A stretch of DNA of 63,976 nt, filler included, from Lenisia limosa (taxonomy: Eukaryota; Protista; Breviatea), in NCBI GenBank assembly GCA_001655205.1. It is 13 parts of 13 records of this genome, joined end to end, with 100 filler letters (N's around TTAATTAATTAA, not from the genome) between each part and the next. Parts side by side here need not be neighbours in the genome. Positions count along the whole stretch, not along the records: positions 1 to 2,163 come from LPNZ01008047.1; positions 2,264 to 4,959 come from LPNZ01004114.1; positions 5,060 to 8,216 come from LPNZ01007017.1; positions 8,317 to 10,277 come from LPNZ01001075.1; 9 more parts are not named here. One strand, given 5' to 3'. This document shows positions 1 through 10,377 of the stretch, piece after piece (position 1 is the stretch's first letter; each line of letters opens with the position of its first letter). The notes beneath the pieces were generated by a model. The model made no database searches. It worked only from the letters and a program-made list of their open reading frames with translations, and was not told the DNA's origin. Both the position numbers and the translations under genes were made by a program.

Positions 1-2101
1 CATTGGAGGACACCCCAGTGGAGCGTCTTACTGTTGTTGAGTCTACAATGCCCCAAAAGAGTGGGTGTGGTGTCTTCTACTGCATGCTGGGGAGGCACGG
101 AGAAACCGAGTGGAAAGAGTTGTAAGGCAGGTGATCAATTGAAATGCTATTGTAATTCAATATCCTTATCAGCGTGATAGTATGGAAGGCTTCGGCCAGA
201 TAACACCTTTTTTTATTTGTCATCTCTAAACTATGGGAATATTTCATCATATCCTCCTCATCATTATGATTGTCACCACTATCATCATCATCATAACCGG
301 CATTTATTTCCACATTATATGAGGTTCCAACGTTCTGTAGATCGACAGGCTAAGACCCAAGATGAATCCCAGGTTGAGAAAGGTGGGGNNNNNNNNNNNN
401 NNNNNNNNNNNNNNNNNNNNNNNNNNNNNNNNNNNNNNNNNNNNNNNNNNNNNNNNNNNNNNNNNNNNNNNNNNNNNNNNNNNNNNNNNNNNNNNNNNNN
501 NNNNNNNNNNNNNNNNNNNNNNNNNNNNNNNNNNNNNNNCCAATCACTCCTCCCCCGGCCTTTTTTGTTTACTAATATTCCCACTTTACTCTCCTCTGAA
601 CCACCAGATCCTGATAGCTTCATAACATACATTTGACCGTAACTCCCTTTTTTTACCTCCCCAGATTTTGCCGATCTTGGTCCCAATGCTAAAGCCCAAC
701 TCCAGAACCTGCTCCTCGGATTAGCGAAGGCCAAAACAAAGGAAACTTCATTGAAGGTGAGGGGAGGTATAATGATGTACTTGGCTTGGACTTCACTTCG
801 GTTCGAAAAAAGACTAAATTTCTCGATAAATCCTCGAAAACTACCAAGATTTTGCCTGTATTTTTCAAACCGAAGTGAAAGCTCTTGGGTGATATAATGT
901 ACAGAATGGGATAAGTCTTGGCTGATTTCTCTTGGGAAAGCACATTGCAAATCGGTCAAGAATTATCCCATATCTGTATATACACTACATGTTTACATAA
1001 TATATAGTATACATATAACATGTACTCTGTATATAATATGTATATACAGTGTAGTGTATCTACATGTATACTCAAGATGATATTTTCCCTTTTTTTGCTC
1101 CTCACGGTTTAGTCTGAGCTTGATGGAAAGATTCGCGAAAATCAAACCTTGGAGTCTTCAAATCACGAGCTGAGGGAGCGAACNNNNNNNNNNNNNNNNN
1201 NNNNNNNNNNNNNNNNNNNNNNNNNNNNNNNNNNNNNNNNNNNNNNNNNNNNNNNNNNNNNNNNNNNNNNNNNNNNNNNNNNNNNNNNNNNNNNNNNNNN
1301 NNNNNNNNNNNNNNNNNNNNNNNNNNNNNNNNNNNNNNNNNNNNNNNNNNNNNNNNNNNNNNNNNNNNNNNNNNNNNNNNNNNNNNNNNNNNNNNNNNNN
1401 NNAGATTCCAGCGCAAAGAGGGTGGGGTAATTGTGTAGGGGGTATTAAGGCTTCACTTCGGTTCGAAAAAGACTGAATTTCTCGTTAAATCCTCGAAAAC
1501 TATCGATATTTTCGAACTGAAGTGAAGCCTTAGTTAGTAATAATGTTTTTTTTTGCTGTGGAGGGTTGCTAGTAAATTTTGTTTGGTGTGATGTGAGTTG
1601 GTAATAATGTTGTGATAAGAGTGGTGGGAGGGGTCAGTGATTGCAATTCGCCCAAATTACCCTAATTCACGCCTAATTCCCCGTAATTACGCAGGAATGC
1701 AATCGGTCCCGCCGAAGCCGAAGATTTCGAGAATGGCCTATGACTCCGACCAGTATGGGGTTTTGGCTTTTTTGGCTTTTTTGATTAATATGTTTTTTTA
1801 TTAATACTTTCTATCTCGATGATTACTAATTCACTCATTCCTTGATTCTATAAAATGACTCTAGCTTCTCCATTTGAATGAAGATTTTAACTAATCGATT
1901 TCTTGCAATGAAAATTTAACAAAAAGAAGATTTTTAATCAGTGCATCTCCTTGTTTCAATACAATCAAAATTCCAATTAACGAATCAAGGCCCGAGACTG
2001 CTTTGAACGTCGAGGACCTCTCAACCGTCAACGAGGCATCTACGGCCGTTTTGGCTGATAGCGTGTCAGGACGTGATCAACAGATCGCTGATCTTCAAGC
2101 G
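1..2101 (+). CDS. Partial multi-exon hypothetical protein, probably coiled-coil
   Basis: Short exons with AG/GT borders read e.g. FADLGPNAKAQLQNLLLGLAKAKTKETSLK (~667-749), SELDGKIRENQTLESSNHELRER (~1112-1182) and PETALNVEDLSTVNEASTAVLADSVSGRDQQIADLQA (~1991-2101). No family recognised. Confidence 0.5.
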
Positions 2102-2383
2102 GTGCGGAGGGGGATATGTAAGAAATTGGAAGGAAAAAGAAAACGGGCCGGGTCAAAAAGTCANNNNNNNNNNNNNNNNNNNNNNNNNNNNNNNNNNNNN
2201 NNNNNNNTTAATTAATTAANNNNNNNNNNNNNNNNNNNNNNNNNNNNNNNNNNNNNNNNNNNNATAACAAAACAAACAAAGCCCAAGCCAGTCGCTTCTG
2301 CAGCACCGCATCCCATCACTCCATCGTACAATTGTATAAAAGGGATGAAAAAAGAGAAAACAAAACCAAAGACTCACCCCCCC

Positions 2384-4903
2384 TTACAGCTGTAGCGTCG
2401 TCATCGTCCTTAAGGTTCTCTTGAACCACAGCCTGGAAAATAAGAAAACTACCACATAAGGGAACCACCATATAAGGGAACTACCAATAAAGGGAACTAC
2501 CAAATAAGGAATTAACATATATCTAAGGAAAGTAACATCATTATACCACCCCACCGCTTCAGCAGCATCATCAGCATCATGCACAGCATCTTCAATGTTC
2601 TCGTCAGTGATGTTCTGAGGGGTTAAGAAGAAGAAGAGAATAAAGTGATACGGGAACAACAAAAAAGAGGGGTAGTTAAACCCTGTGTAATTGTCAATAA
2701 CCCTGTATAATTTTGAATACCCCCCCCCCCACCTCCTGAGAGAACAACATGGTATCAACAAGAATCTCGNNNNNNNNNNNNNNNNNNNNNNNNNNNNNNN
2801 NNNNNNNNNNNNNNNNNNNNNNNNNGCACCTTGCGCTCCAGGCCGGCTCTCTGGGGGGTGGTAAGTTGGAAAATTTATGAAACAAAAAAGCCCAAAATCA
2901 ACTCTGTTGGTTGTGGGGGGGGGGGGTACCAGGAGTGCAAAAATGTAAATAAATCACAAAACAACTACAATTGATTCTATCCCACCTTCAGAGTTCTCTG
3001 TTCTCTTCGGATGTCTTGCTTGACTTTGCGTTTCAGTTTCTTGCGGTCAGCTTTCATGGACTTACGGGGCTTCATCTCAACAACGTTGATGGGGGGATGG
3101 ATCTGGGAGCATGGTGAACTTATTATATTACCTTCATGCATCTCCTTGATATGAATACCCCCCTCCTCCTATCTAAAAGCCCCATGAACATACATAATAT
3201 GCATTTAGACTTACCCACACTCAATATATGCATACTATGCTCAAGGTCCAAAATTATGTCGTTATTTCGAATTCATGTCGTTAATTATTTACGGTCGCCA
3301 AATCAGTTATTCCCCTTCAAAATAGTACTATATTTCTGAGATATACACACTTAATTTGTTTATGAAGGAAAACAAAGAAAAATATAACCTTTCAAAAAAT
3401 TTTTTTTTGCAAGATCAGCACTTTATCGTGGAAATTTAATTTTTTTTTAGCGCCACGCTCGCGCAATTTTTTTTCAGTTTATGCTCGCATCTCATATGTC
3501 CTTTTTTACGAGTTAAATTGTNNNNNNNNNNNNNNNNNNNNNNNNNNNNNNNNNNNNNNNNNNNNNNNNNNNNNNNNNNNNNNNNNNNNNNNNNNNNNNN
3601 NNNNNNNNNNNNNNNNNNNNNNNNNNNNNNNNNNNNNNNNNNNNNNNNNNNNNNNNNNNNNNNNGTATGATATTGTATACATATGATATATTATTAATAA
3701 TATACTAGTATATCATATACTGTATACTATATGATAAATAATAGCTATGTGTATATCACCATGTAGTATTATACATACCATATGATATCATAACCCACAT
3801 GCATCTCCTCGTTGTCGCTGACGTCATCATCGCCCTCATCGTCATAGGACTCGTAGCCTTCCTGGTTCACTCCCTCCTCCTCTGACTCGACCTAGGGGGG
3901 GAGGGGATTGGAGGAGGAAGGAATGGGGAGNNNNNNNNNNNNNNNNNNNNNNNNNNNNNNNNNNNNNNNNNNNNNNNNNNNNNNNNNNNNNNNNNNNNNN
4001 NNNNNNNNNNNNNNNNNNNNNNNNNNNNNNNNNNNNNNNNNNNNNNNNNNNNNNNNNNNNNNNNNNNNNNNNNNNNNNNNNNNNNCACAATAAAAAAAAA
4101 CACAATAATAATAATAATAATAACAAAACCCACATCATCAGAAACTTCCTCTTCGCTACCAAGGTCCTGATCAACGTACTCCTCGTCCTCGTCTTCAAGG
4201 GGCTCATCGCCAAGAATGCCAGCGTCCTCGGAATCCTGAGGAGTTAGACCGGGGAAACGCGAAATGGAATGGACAAAGAATATGCAATGTGGAGATTGAA
4301 GAAAGACCACTTTTGGGTTGAATATTTTGCTTAAAAACTCTTTACCTCCTCCACAACATCGTTTTTTTTGAAAAAAAATAATCAGTCTTGCTATTGTTGT
4401 GATTATGTCACCCCCAAACTCCATATCACCCCCCCCCCCAACCTCTTCCACGCCGTCATCCTNNNNNNNNNNNNNNNNNNNNNNNNNNNNNNNNNNNNNN
4501 NNNNNNNNNNNNNNNNNNNNNNNNNNNNNNNNNNNNNNNNNNNNNNNNNNNNNNNNNNNNNNNNNNNNNNNNNNNNNNNNNNNNNNNNNNNNNNNNNNNN
4601 NNNNNNNNNNNNNNNNNNNNNNNNNNNNNNNNNNNNNNNNNNNNNNNNNNNNNNNNNNNNNATCAACCAAAAGGAAAAAGGATGCAACAAAAAAAAAAAA
4701 CTCAGAATCAATTGTGAATGTAATATATATATCATATGAGAACAATGTAAAATCAATAATACGGGCTGAATAACCAAGGGAGAAGACACCACCACACAAT
4801 ACAACACTGGGACTCACCAGAGCGGACTGGGTCCGGGCAGTAGCGAGCAGGGACGCGGCCTTCTTAGCGAGGTCCTCGGCCTTGGCACGACGACGAACAG
4901 CCT
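2384..4903 (-). CDS. 3' part of a multi-exon protein with acidic tracts and a basic patch (nuclear/nucleolar-like, unassigned)
   Basis: Exons EAVRRRAKAEDLAKKAASLL, DSEDAGILGDEPLEDEDEEYVDQDLGSEEEVSDD, VESEEEG...DNEEMH, IHPPINVVEMKPRKSMKADRKKLKRKVKQDIRREQRTLK, NITDENIEDAVHDADDAAEA, AVVQENLKDDDDATAV-stop (TAA at 2384-2386); canonical splice sites. Confidence 0.6.
2443..2512. repeat. ~17-bp intronic minisatellite x4
   Basis: Unit ATAAGGGAACTACCA(A/C). Confidence 0.75.
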
Positions 4904-5148
4904 CCTGAGGGGGATAAGATGTGGGTGTCAGGGGTGGTGTGATTGGTCACACCACAATANNNNNNNNNNNNNNNNNNNNNNNNNNNNNNNNNNNNNNNNN
5001 NNNTTAATTAATTAANNNNNNNNNNNNNNNNNNNNNNNNNNNNNNNNNNNNNNNNNNNNTTACCCCAATAGGAGGATTCATATTATCGACTTTTATCCCC
5101 CCCACCCCAAGTGTTACATACGGAAGAAAGAAACAAGGCAAAACCCAC

Positions 5149-8020
5149 CTTGATCATGAGGCTATCAGGCCAATTATGGAAGCGTTCCTTGAAGAGAATC
5201 GGTTCGCTGCTTTCGATGCACCTGCGCACCCAGGCAAACTTCGGCCGTTCGGGCTGAGCAAGGAGATTGGCCGCCTGGGGGAGGGGGGGAGTAAAATTGG
5301 AAGAAGAAAAAAAAACCCCAAATCAACTCTGTTGCTAGCATTTGGGAATCGGGAAAAACAAAACAAAGNNNNNNNNNNNNNNNNNNNNNNNNNNNNNNNN
5401 NNNNNNNNNNNNNNNNNNNNNNNNNNNNNNNNNNNNNNNNNNNNNNNNNNNNNNNNNNNNNNNNNNNNNNNNNNNNNNNNNNNNNNNNNNNNNNNNNNNN
5501 NNNNNNNNNNNNNNNNNNNNNNNNNNNNNNNNNNNNNNNNNNNNNNNNNNNNNNNNNNNNNNNNNNNNNNNNNNNNNNNNNNNNNNNNNNNNNNNNNNNN
5601 NNNNNNNNNNNNNNNNNNNNNGAGGGGTAGGGGTGGGGTAAAAATGTGAAGGTAAAAGAAAAACGCGTTCACGACAACACTATCCAGTGCCTACCAGGGT
5701 TCTTCCCACTTGACGAACTTCTAAGGGGGATGTGCGTCCAGTCCAGAGGTACACTTCCGCCCCTGGGATTGGGGGTGAATGGATATGTATAATATCATAC
5801 TATGTTATTATATCGACTCTATCGGCAATGAATTAAAATACCCCCACTTCCGGGGTGCTTATCACTCTTACCGCCGGCATCGACGACGTATACGCCATCT
5901 TGCGTAAGCTGTGTGTTGACTAGCGACTTTCCAGTGGCCACCGGTGCCAAAGATCCTACAAAGGGAGACAATCATTACAGCAACTTGCGCTTCAATTCAG
6001 TCCAAACAATGAAGAACCGGAAGCAATAAAAATGATGCAATACCTCCCCCCCTCTCCCCACCTCCATCCACCCTCAGTAGTTTGGTTCCAGCAACAAAGG
6101 CCTTCTCAAATGCGGTGTCAACTTCCGCCTTATTAGCTGGGGCAACCTTAATCGTCAGTGCGTGGTCTTCAAAAAGGCCAAGTCAAAAAAACTAATGGTC
6201 ACAAGCCATCCCAATGTGAAAGNNNNNNNNNNNNNNNNNNNNNNNNNNNNNNNNNNNNNNNNNNNNNNNNNNNNNNNNNNNNNNNNNNNNNNNNNNNNNN
6301 NNNNNNNNNNNNNNNNNNNNNNNNNNNNNNNNNNNNNNNNAAGGCCGATAGTGATAACTGTAGCGTGTGTGGCCCTGGGAGGTAACGATTCATGCGTTAA
6401 AAATAATTCATTTGTGCCCTGCAGCAATAACCAAAATATCACAAATAACACTTTCGGTTACAATGATCGAGCGAATATTAATGACTTGTACTCTCAGTTT
6501 TTATGATACTATGAAGATTGCTTATCATCCCAAGGTATGTCACTCAGGTCCAACCGTTCCTTGTCTCGGATGCGAACAGCGATGTCTAGTGCCTTGGCCT
6601 TTTCCATTCGATTCGCCTTGTCACCATGCCAAATGATAATACGTTTTCCTTAAGGTGTAAAAAGAAAACAAAAGAATCAATGATTCATAACGGAGATTGA
6701 CATCAATTTTGTTTCATCACTTCTAATTTACCTCAATCCCACCAAGGTCGAGCACAACCCCACTCCCACCAAGGTCGAGCACATACGAGTCGTCATGGGT
6801 CATAGCCGATACCACTGGCTCGCAAATCACCGACTGGATTGTCAAACAGAGTAATGGAACAAAACGTTCTTCGATTTCCTGCAACCGTTTACTCCAAAAA
6901 CGATTTGGTTGTTGGAAAATACAAATATTAAAACTTCAACAATGCTGTCATAACTTTACAACAAAAAAGAGAGGCATTAAGAACACATGCTGCTTACCCT
7001 GACATTTAGCTTGCCTTTGATCATGATCAGAGTTACACTTTCATCCCTGGAAGGTCACTGGGGATGAAACAAAAGCATTCATTTATGAAGAGAAATGGCT
7101 ATTATCTAAAACAGCCATGAGAACCAACTTTTTAGTTTGTGTTCCAGGCTTGGGTCCAACTACCGGGGGCTTCTAAACTGTTTTAGAGGGGGTGACGTAT
7201 TTCAAATTCTTTATTTTAAAATCAGCACAACCGTCATTAGCATCCCCCTCATCCTTTTTCTTTCGCCCATTTCAACACTCCTCAAACCGAGACAGGTTCC
7301 TCGCGTCTTTGTTTGAGTTTGTTGGTCAACTCACCAACTACTCTCCCTGCATTACGTCAAACGTTTGTTGATATTGATCATCACTTATTATTATTTTGGA
7401 ATATCAATATATCAAAATCACCATCATCATCATCAATAGCACCAACACCCACCCTGGGAGCTTGCAGGTGCAGAACCTAGGTTAAGCGGCTGGTCACGTA
7501 CTGTGCTCGAGGCTTGGGCTGCTCTCTGTGTGCAGGGTGATGAGGGGTTTTACGTTCCACGGATACCCTTTTTTGATAAAAAAGCGACCAACCTGTCTGA
7601 TAGGATTCGCGGTGGCGCGGCGTGTGGTTCTACGTGCACGGGTTTGCGTCAATGACCGCAACTTCTATATCGGGTAAGTTTGCATTATCTATATTTATCG
7701 AAGATTTAGATAGTAGTGGATACCTCATCTTCGGGGTTCTCGTTGAGTGGTGCGGGGCGGGGGACTGACGCTGCAGCCGGGGACGTAAATGTGTCCTAAT
7801 ATCGTTAGTAGAGACTGGAGACTTTTTGGCGATGGTCAAGAGATGGTAACGTTAATACGCCAAGAGCAAGAAACAACATATCTGTTCAGAAGGGCCAAGT
7901 CTTCCCCATCACCCACCCTTACCTCGTGTCTGGCTTGAGCGCTTTTTAAGCGCTTTTCAAGTGCTTCCTTGGAGTCAGCTGAACGGCCGCGTGCTTGAGG
8001 CTGATCCGGTGAGAAATGAA
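5149..8020 (-). CDS. Villin/gelsolin-family actin-binding protein (partial, multi-exon)
   Basis: Spliced exons give gelsolin-repeat motifs: MTHDDSYVLDLG; IIIWHGDKANRMEKAKALDIAVRIRDKER; LTQDGVYVVDAG|AEVYLWTGRTSPLEVRQVGRTL; AANLLAQPERPKFAWVRRCIESSEPILFKERFHNW. Exons above ~6830 are low-complexity and less certain. Confidence 0.85.
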
Positions 8021-8316
8021 ACTCATCTAAATAATCTCCTATGTTTAAAAGAATTAAAAAGAAGGTAAACACTGTTTCTTTTATAACCCCTTTAGATCTT
8101 CTAGTATTATTATCGAAGGCCTCTAAAAACAATGACGCAGACCGGAGATCGAGAAGCGGGTGTCTTTGTGGGGGATTTTGATGGTGTTGCCTGTGGGAGG
8201 TAAATGCAATTTTCGANNNNNNNNNNNNNNNNNNNNNNNNNNNNNNNNNNNNNNNNNNNNTTAATTAATTAANNNNNNNNNNNNNNNNNNNNNNNNNNNN
8301 NNNNNNNNNNNNNNNN

Positions 8317-8376
8317 CCCCAATTTCAAGAGGACTTGAACTGTACCCCAATTTCAAGAGGACTTGAACTGTACCCC
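8317..8376. repeat. 28-bp perfect tandem duplication at scaffold start
   Basis: CCCCAATTTCAAGAGGACTTGAACTGTA x2. Confidence 0.85.
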
Positions 8377-8529
8377 CTCCCCACTATGCCCGGATTCGTT
8401 GCTGCTGTCAGAGGCATTAGAAGGCGGCACCCGCGATGATACTCTCATTGTAGATAACTAGGGATAAGCAGTGGGAGGGTGGGTGTGTACAATTGAAAAA
8501 TTTGTGAAAAAGAAAGCCCAAATCAATAA

Positions 8530-8730
8530 AACAAATAAAGCCCAGGATAGTCGCTTCTGCAGCACCGCATCCCAACACTTCAGCGTACAGGTAAAACGAA
8601 TGAAATTTCGAAGCACATATATTGACGTAAAGGTACTAATCACGAACAAAATAATCTGAAACTCCAAACAACAAAAAAAAAGACAAGCAAATAAAAACAT
8701 GAGCACCAAACGTTAAAACCAGACAAAAGT
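8530..8730. repeat. Families E and F: short interspersed modules
   Basis: E (GTCGCTTCTGCAGCACCGCATCCCATCACTCC) at 2272-2324, 8530-8581, and reversed at 10028-10075 and 33142-33171. F (ACAAGCAATAAACACGAGCAAC..AACG..AAAC(C/T)AGACAAAA) at 8631-8730, 63845-63905, and reversed at 10125-10238. Confidence 0.7.
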
Positions 8731-8796
8731 GAAATAACTACGGGGGGAGGGGGGGATACTAGTTCCCATTAAGATTATGAAGAAAAGCTGAATATA

Positions 8797-8877
8797 CAGT
8801 GACAGGATAAGACTTGACCGATTTTCCTTGGGAAATCGATTACACTGCAAATCGGTCAAGACTTATCCCGGTACCTG
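8797..8877. mobile_element. Family C: Tc1/mariner-type MITE (~75-80 bp), TA TSD
   Basis: TA|CAGTGACAGGATAAGACTTGACCGATTT...AAATCGGTCAAGACTTATCCCGGTACCTG|TA. A second TA-flanked copy is at 902-976; others at 19202-19257, 24294-24318 (half), 43612-43674 and 54378-54447. Confidence 0.8.
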
Positions 8878-10377
8878 TATATTTCCCTCTCCGTCCCTTA
8901 TGTACATGCTATAAAGCTGAATCATTATACCTTTCCGCTCCTTACAGCTGTCTATTGTGTATTGTGTACCAAAAAGTGGTCAACAATAAAAGGCGCAAAC
9001 TTAAATTGACACTAGTATTACCACTTACACATACATGTACATAATAGGTGCAATAAGCAAAAGTTGAAATCATTAATGAAACAAGAAAGTTTTTTTAGAT
9101 AAGAAGCTGGCAATAATTGGAGGAAAATACGGCTAGAAATATAATTACCAAGCCTCACAACTCCAGCTACCAGCATCCATAAAACGTGATTGTATGGATT
9201 CGATAATTGTTCTGTTAATACAGGCCTTCATAGCAAATGCAATAGACAAACCTGAGATGGAGGAATGTACTGTCTTGCCCCAGACCCAGCGCGTCGTCGA
9301 CCTGAACTGTGCGTTGAATACATCGTTGAGGATCGACTGTCAACTAACAGTGATCTAAGGTTATGTGCTGCTTTCCTGGGCTATCAGTTGCAAAGGGCAG
9401 CAGCTGTAGCCAGGCAGAGAAGGGTTTCTCAATCAGAAAGTCAATAGTCACGACTGATAGCCTGGTTTTCTACAATACTCTGAATCAGCCTGTTAATAAG
9501 TGAGTATTAAATAGAGAAAAGGGCATACATCCGATTGAAACACCATGATAAATTACATTTTTATTACATTTATTACATTTAGTCTGTAATACACAAAAAC
9601 AATCCACCAACTAACTTGCAACTAACAAATTCATCATATATTATTAATAAAATTGTAATATTGTAATAGTAAGAAAGTAAAAGTGCAATCAGAACAAAGT
9701 TGAATTTTCTGTGCTGTGTGCTGTGAATGATGCAACTGCGGCTGCTTCTTTTTGTTGGGTTAGTGGGGGTGTAGAGGAACCTAGGCAGGCGTCCATTTCA
9801 ACTCGTTCTTTCTCGGGCTATCGTTTTTATATGATATGATCTCTTTTCGAGTTGAAAAATGATGATGGTCATTGTGACTTTTTTTGCAATATCATCGTTG
9901 GGTTATTCCCTAGGAGTAGTATAGATTAGGATGTAATATCTATACTCCTCTTAGGTTATTCTTCTCGCTCATTGAACTTCCTTGGGTTAACCCTCCACTT
10001 GGGCTTTGTTTGTTGTTCTCAACCTTTTCGGAGTGATGGGATGCGGTGCTGCCGACGTGTCTTGACTTTGTTGTTTTGTGTTTTCAACCCGTTTGTGTTT
10101 CTTTTGGCTTTTTATTTCAAGAAGTTATTTTGTCTAGTTTGAGCGTTGGTTGCTCGTGTTTATTGTTGCTTGTTTTTTATTAGTATTATATTATTATTAT
10201 TTTGGAGTTTCTGGTTATTTGGTTTGTGATTGGTACCTTTACGCCAATATTCATCATCAAAATTTCCTTCATCTACTNNNNNNNNNNNNNNNNNNNNNNN
10301 NNNNNNNNNNNNNNNNNNNNNTTAATTAATTAANNNNNNNNNNNNNNNNNNNNNNNNNNNNNNNNNNNNNNNNNNNN

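Noticed and set aside
791-812. GGTTCGA in family A as a tRNA T-loop or B-box (tRNA gene or SINE)
   Set aside because: It is part of a terminal inverted repeat with 8-bp TSDs; there is no cloverleaf or A-box.
2208-2219. TTAATTAATTAA palindrome recurring 12 times as a possible biological repeat or CRISPR-like unit
   Set aside because: Always centred in exactly 44N+44N; it is an artificial six-frame-stop linker added when joining scaffolds.
8530-10238. Inverted E/F copies as the TIRs of a ~1.7-kb transposon
   Set aside because: The E and F modules are in swapped order between the two ends, and no transposase ORF or TSD is visible.
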